A DNA stretch of 9,660 nt from a virus. Its lineage: Duplodnaviria > Heunggongvirae > Uroviricota > Caudoviricetes. Location of the stretch: IMG/VR virus record IMGVR_UViG_2706794662_000014; one strand, written 5' to 3'. The translations under genes and the position numbers were made by a program. Below the pieces are notes generated by a model, which did no database searches, was not told the DNA's origin, and saw only the letters and a list, made by a program, of their open reading frames with translations. The stretch's first letter is position 1. Every line of letters begins with the position of its first letter. This document shows positions 7,591 through 9,660 of this stretch, piece after piece.

Positions 7591-8091
7591 ATGAAAAGAA
7601 AATCATTGTCAGACACCGACCTCAACGCCGCCAGAAGACTGAAAGAAATCTGGATGGCAAAGAAATCTCAGTTGGGATTGACTCAGGAACGTGCGGCGGA
7701 AATTATGGGGTTTTCAACACAAGGGGCGGTAAGTCACTACCTAAATGGTCAAACCCCACTAAACCTTGAGGCTGTTCTAAAGTTTGCTGGCTTACTGAAA
7801 GTTCCCCCTGAGTCAATCAGGCCAGACATGGTAGATTTGCTGCAAATTGCAAGGATGTATTGTCGAGAACCACAGCAAGATAACATAGTCGCATTACCAG
7901 CAGACACAGAACAAACAGAGGATGAACTACCGTTTGCCGTAGAGCCGATGGAACGAGATTTAATCCATACGTTCAGAGCTTTTCCGAAAGAAGATCAAGA
8001 ACACATGCTTCAGGAGATGAAAGATAAAAAAGAATCAATGGATCGTACGGTTGCGCGGTGGTTAGCTGCACAAAAAGGCCGTCGCGCCTAA
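7591..8091 (+). CDS. Prophage repressor, lambda cI N-terminal-domain-like HTH, no S24/LexA-type cleavage domain; possibly PaaR2-like regulator of the downstream toxin-antitoxin pair
   Basis: ATG 7591 (MKRKSLSDTDLNAARRLKEIW...) preferred over ORF-track GTG 7561. First ~80 aa parallel lambda cI as I recall it ([35 protein letters not shown] vs LSDTDLNAARRLKEIWMAKKSQLGLTQERAAEIMG). Total 166 aa; C-terminal half acidic with no Ser/Lys peptidase motifs. Confidence 0.75.
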   Translation: MKRKSLSDTDLNAARRLKEIWMAKKSQLGLTQERAAEIMGFSTQGAVSHYLNGQTPLNLEAVLKFAGLLKVPPESIRPDMVDLLQIARMYCREPQQDNIVALPADTEQTEDELPFAVEPMERDLIHTFRAFPKEDQEHMLQEMKDKKESMDRTVARWLAAQKGRRA

Positions 8092-8110
8092 ATCAGAGGA
8101 GATATGTAAA

Positions 8111-8305
8111 ATGAGTACAGTCCTTTCCCCAATGGTTTCAGAATTTGAGACAGTTGAGCAAGAAAATAGTTACAACGAATGGCTGCGGGCCAAAGTAGCA
8201 GCAAGCCTCGCGGATCCCCGCCCGGCGATTCCGCATGATGAGGTAATGGCGGAAATGGAACAAATTATTGCCCAAATTGCTGCTGCAACTCACAGAGGTG
8301 AATAA
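8111..8305 (+). CDS. paaA2: Type II antitoxin, PaaA2-like, partner of ParE-family toxin
   Basis: 64-codon ORF, RBS AGAGGAG (8095-8101) 9 nt before ATG, TAA stop overlapping the toxin ATG (TAATG at 8302-8307). Sequence LSPMVSEFETVEQENSYNEWLRAKVAASLADPRPAIPHDEV matches my recollection of PaaA2 from E. coli O157:H7; symbol is from memory. Confidence 0.7.
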   Translation: MSTVLSPMVSEFETVEQENSYNEWLRAKVAASLADPRPAIPHDEVMAEMEQIIAQIAAATHRGE

Positions 8306-8595
8306 TGTTACCCGTTTTATGGCTACCATCTGCTCGTGATGATTTGCGCCAGATCGTAGCCTACATAGCTAAAGAAAATCCCGCGGCAGCACGCAGAATG
8401 AAAATTCGAATTGAAACATCCGTTTTGCCGCTCACAGAGCATCCTTACCTGTATCCTCCAAGCGAGCGAGTTCTTGGTCTTCGTGAAATTGTAACTCATC
8501 CTAACTACATCATCCTTTACCGAGTAACAGCATCAAGCATAGAAGTAGTAAATATTGTGCATTCTCGAAGACAGTATCCAGGCAAAAACAGTTAA
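8305..8595 (+). CDS. parE: ParE/RelE-superfamily toxin (ParE2-like)
   Basis: 96 codons. Typical ParE pattern: MLPVLWLPSARDDLRQIVAYIA...PYLYPPSERVLGLREIVTHPNYIILYRV...IEVVNIVHSRR. Translationally coupled to the upstream antitoxin. Confidence 0.85.
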   Translation: MLPVLWLPSARDDLRQIVAYIAKENPAAARRMKIRIETSVLPLTEHPYLYPPSERVLGLREIVTHPNYIILYRVTASSIEVVNIVHSRRQYPGKNS

Positions 8596-8611
8596 TTATT
8601 CCCGCCGACAG

Positions 8612-8636
8612 AACCACCTTAGGGTGGTTTTTTCTT
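8612..8636 (+). terminator. Rho-independent terminator ending the repressor/toxin-antitoxin transcript
   Basis: Stem AACCACC (8612-8618), loop TTAG, stem GGTGGTT (8623-8629), then T-tract TTTTTCTT to 8636; 17 nt after the parE stop. Confidence 0.75.
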
Positions 8637-8651
8637 GCCCCAACAAAAAAC

Positions 8652-8666
8652 AATAGCGATGCTATT
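8652..8666. promoter_or_regulatory. Operator-like 15-bp palindromic site OL-a (AATAGCGATGCTATT)
   Basis: Perfect palindrome around a GAT centre; overlaps the -35 of the PL-like promoter. Confidence 0.6.
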
Positions 8667-8694
8667 TACATCAAAAAAATAATGATGCTATTGT
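8665..8694 (+). promoter_or_regulatory. PL-like early promoter
   Basis: -35 TTTACA (8665-8670), 18-nt spacer, -10 TATTGT (8689-8694); both hexamers overlapped by operator sites; sits just downstream of the terminator. Confidence 0.45.
8678..8692. promoter_or_regulatory. Operator-like 15-bp palindromic site OL-b (AATAATGATGCTATT)
   Basis: Centre 26 bp from OL-a; overlaps the -10 of the PL-like promoter. Confidence 0.6.
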
Positions 8695-8873
8695 TTCAGG
8701 CGTCAACCCTCCCCGCCCCACAGAATGCAGGGCAATACTTCGAGTTACCAGACAGTGGTCAGGGGTTAAGTAGCCAGCCCGAGGCGTAAGAACATGACGG
8801 CAGGGTTCAATCTTTAACTATGCAGCAGGTTTTTTGTTCCGCCACCCCGGCGTTAAGGGGAAATGAGGTCAGC

Positions 8874-9026
8874 ATGGATACTATCGATCTTGGCAACAAC
8901 GAATCTCTGGTGTGCGGCGTGTTCCCTAACCAGGATGGAACGTTTACCGCCATGACGTATACCAAAAGCAAAACGTTTAAAACCGAATCTGGCGCGCGTT
9001 GCTGGTTAGCCAGAAACACTGACTGA
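8874..9026 (+). CDS. Small hypothetical protein (50 aa), first gene after the PL-like promoter
   Basis: ATG 8874 with GAGG (8865-8868) 5 nt upstream is preferred over the ORF-track ATG 8820, which has no RBS. TGA stop overlaps the next start (TGATG). One Cys pair, no recognisable motif. Confidence 0.45.
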   Translation: MDTIDLGNNESLVCGVFPNQDGTFTAMTYTKSKTFKTESGARCWLARNTD

Positions 9027-9403
9027 TGAGGCTGACGATGGAATTTAAAGATTTACCGTCTGATGTACAGAAAACAGCAGCTCATACATTGCATTCTGTG
9101 CTGCGAGAAATCGGGAAAGATATTGCAAGCGAGCCAGCAAAAGATCTGGCCCGGAAAATCAAGACCGCTTTCGTTGAGCTTTATAATGTTGGCACTGACT
9201 CTGAAACTGTCGAGACCAAGACCGTAAGTTCACCAATATTCTCACTTGAGCCAAGCGTATTATCAGGTGAAATATGCACCGAGATTTCCAGCGAACTGCT
9301 TCCGGTAATACGAGAAGCAATTCGCCGTCGCGGTTTGGATGGAAGTTATGATCATGACGTTCTGCAAGTTCTCAGGACAATGGTGACTTCACTGGGGATT
9401 TGA
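9026..9403 (+). CDS. Hypothetical protein (125 aa; or 121 aa from ATG 9038)
   Basis: ATG 9026 overlaps the upstream stop; alternative ATG 9038 has GAGG (9028-9031) 6 nt upstream. Acidic, helical-looking; not arginine-rich as lambda N would be. Confidence 0.5.
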   Translation: MRLTMEFKDLPSDVQKTAAHTLHSVLREIGKDIASEPAKDLARKIKTAFVELYNVGTDSETVETKTVSSPIFSLEPSVLSGEICTEISSELLPVIREAIRRRGLDGSYDHDVLQVLRTMVTSLGI

Positions 9404-9535
9404 TCCCTGCGTCCTCTAAGCTTTTGATATAGCGGTCCTCCAAGAAGCGGTAAATTTTGTCGAAATCATCTTTTCCCTCTGGTTTATTCAGAGGATTACA
9501 GGACCCGTAAGTAGCGGCATACATTTCAACCGTTT

Positions 9536-9660
9536 GGTAATGACTCCAACTTATTGATAGTGTTTTATGTTCAGATAATGCCCGATGACTTTGTCATGCA
9601 GCTCCACCGATTTTGAGAACGACAGCGACTTCCGTCCCAGCCGTGCCAGGTGCTGCCTCA
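9536..9660 (-). mobile_element. IS1 insertion sequence, partial (right inverted-repeat end; element continues right of the window)
   Basis: 9536-9660 reads as the reverse complement of the last ~125 nt of IS1 as I recall it (GGTAATGACTCCAACTTATTGATAGTGTTTTATGTTCAGATAATG...). insB 3' end on the minus strand, TAA at 9551-9553. Same orientation as the copy at 1-83. Confidence 0.9.

Noticed and set aside
7587-7769. 60-aa plus-strand ORF overlapping the repressor gene out of frame
   Set aside because: The in-frame alternative aligns with the lambda cI N-terminal domain; this frame gives a low-complexity product.
7591-8091. LexA/S24-type autocleavage domain in the repressor
   Set aside because: Looked for an Ala-Gly cleavage site and a Ser...Lys dyad in a ~100-aa C-terminal domain; the protein is only 166 aa and its C-terminal half is acidic with no such motifs.
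8104-8109. ATG-TAA start-stop mini-ORF between the repressor and antitoxin genes
   Set aside because: It sits only 2 nt after the AGAGGAG RBS, inside the spacer that serves the antitoxin ATG at 8111; too close to be initiated from.
3362-8820. ORF-track 5' extensions starting at non-ATG codons (3775, TTG 4213, TTG 4957, GTG 6728, TTG 7506, GTG 7561) or at an RBS-less ATG (8820)
   Set aside because: In each case a downstream in-frame ATG has a better Shine-Dalgarno match and gives an N-terminus consistent with homologs; the extensions would overlap upstream genes or promoters.
8138-9019. Minus-strand ORFs 8138-8329 and 8807-9019
   Set aside because: Antisense to the antitoxin/toxin pair and to the 8874-9026 gene respectively; no RBS or motifs.
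9477-9495. Inverted repeat CCTCTG-N7-CAGAGG as a terminator
   Set aside because: No flanking T-tract on either strand; may be a protein-binding site or chance.

Overview
This window is a fragment of a lambdoid (Rac / CP-933P-like) enterobacterial prophage, bounded at both edges by partial IS1 copies in the same (minus) orientation (1-83 and 9536-9660). All calls rest on reading the sequence and on recalled family motifs; no database search was possible. Minus strand, in transcription order: Cro-like HTH gene (7479-7216), a cII-position gene (7219-6794, ATGA overlap), an O-like replication initiator with internal iteron arrays (6722 to gap), a 273-nt run of N (5473-5745), a DnaC/IstB-like helicase loader (gap to 4961), three uncharacterised small genes (4939-3362), then a type II restriction-modification pair: gamma-class N6-adenine methyltransferase (3147-1315) coupled to a PstI/BsuBI-like endonuclease candidate (1318-236). 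Plus strand: a lambda cI N-terminal-domain-like repressor lacking a LexA-type cleavage domain (7591-8091), co-oriented with a PaaA2-like antitoxin / ParE toxin pair (8111-8595) in the position lambda uses for rexAB, an intrinsic terminator, a second operator pair with a PL-like promoter, and two small coupled genes (8874-9403). A 15-bp palindromic operator motif (AATAGYGATGCTATT-like) occurs at both the divergent cro/repressor promoter region and the PL-like region. Most worth follow-up: the IS1-bracketed architecture, the repressor-plus-toxin-antitoxin immunity unit, the operator family, the in-gene iteron origin, and the three unknown genes beside the restriction-modification pair. I found no single component that is clearly undescribed; any novelty lies in the combination.
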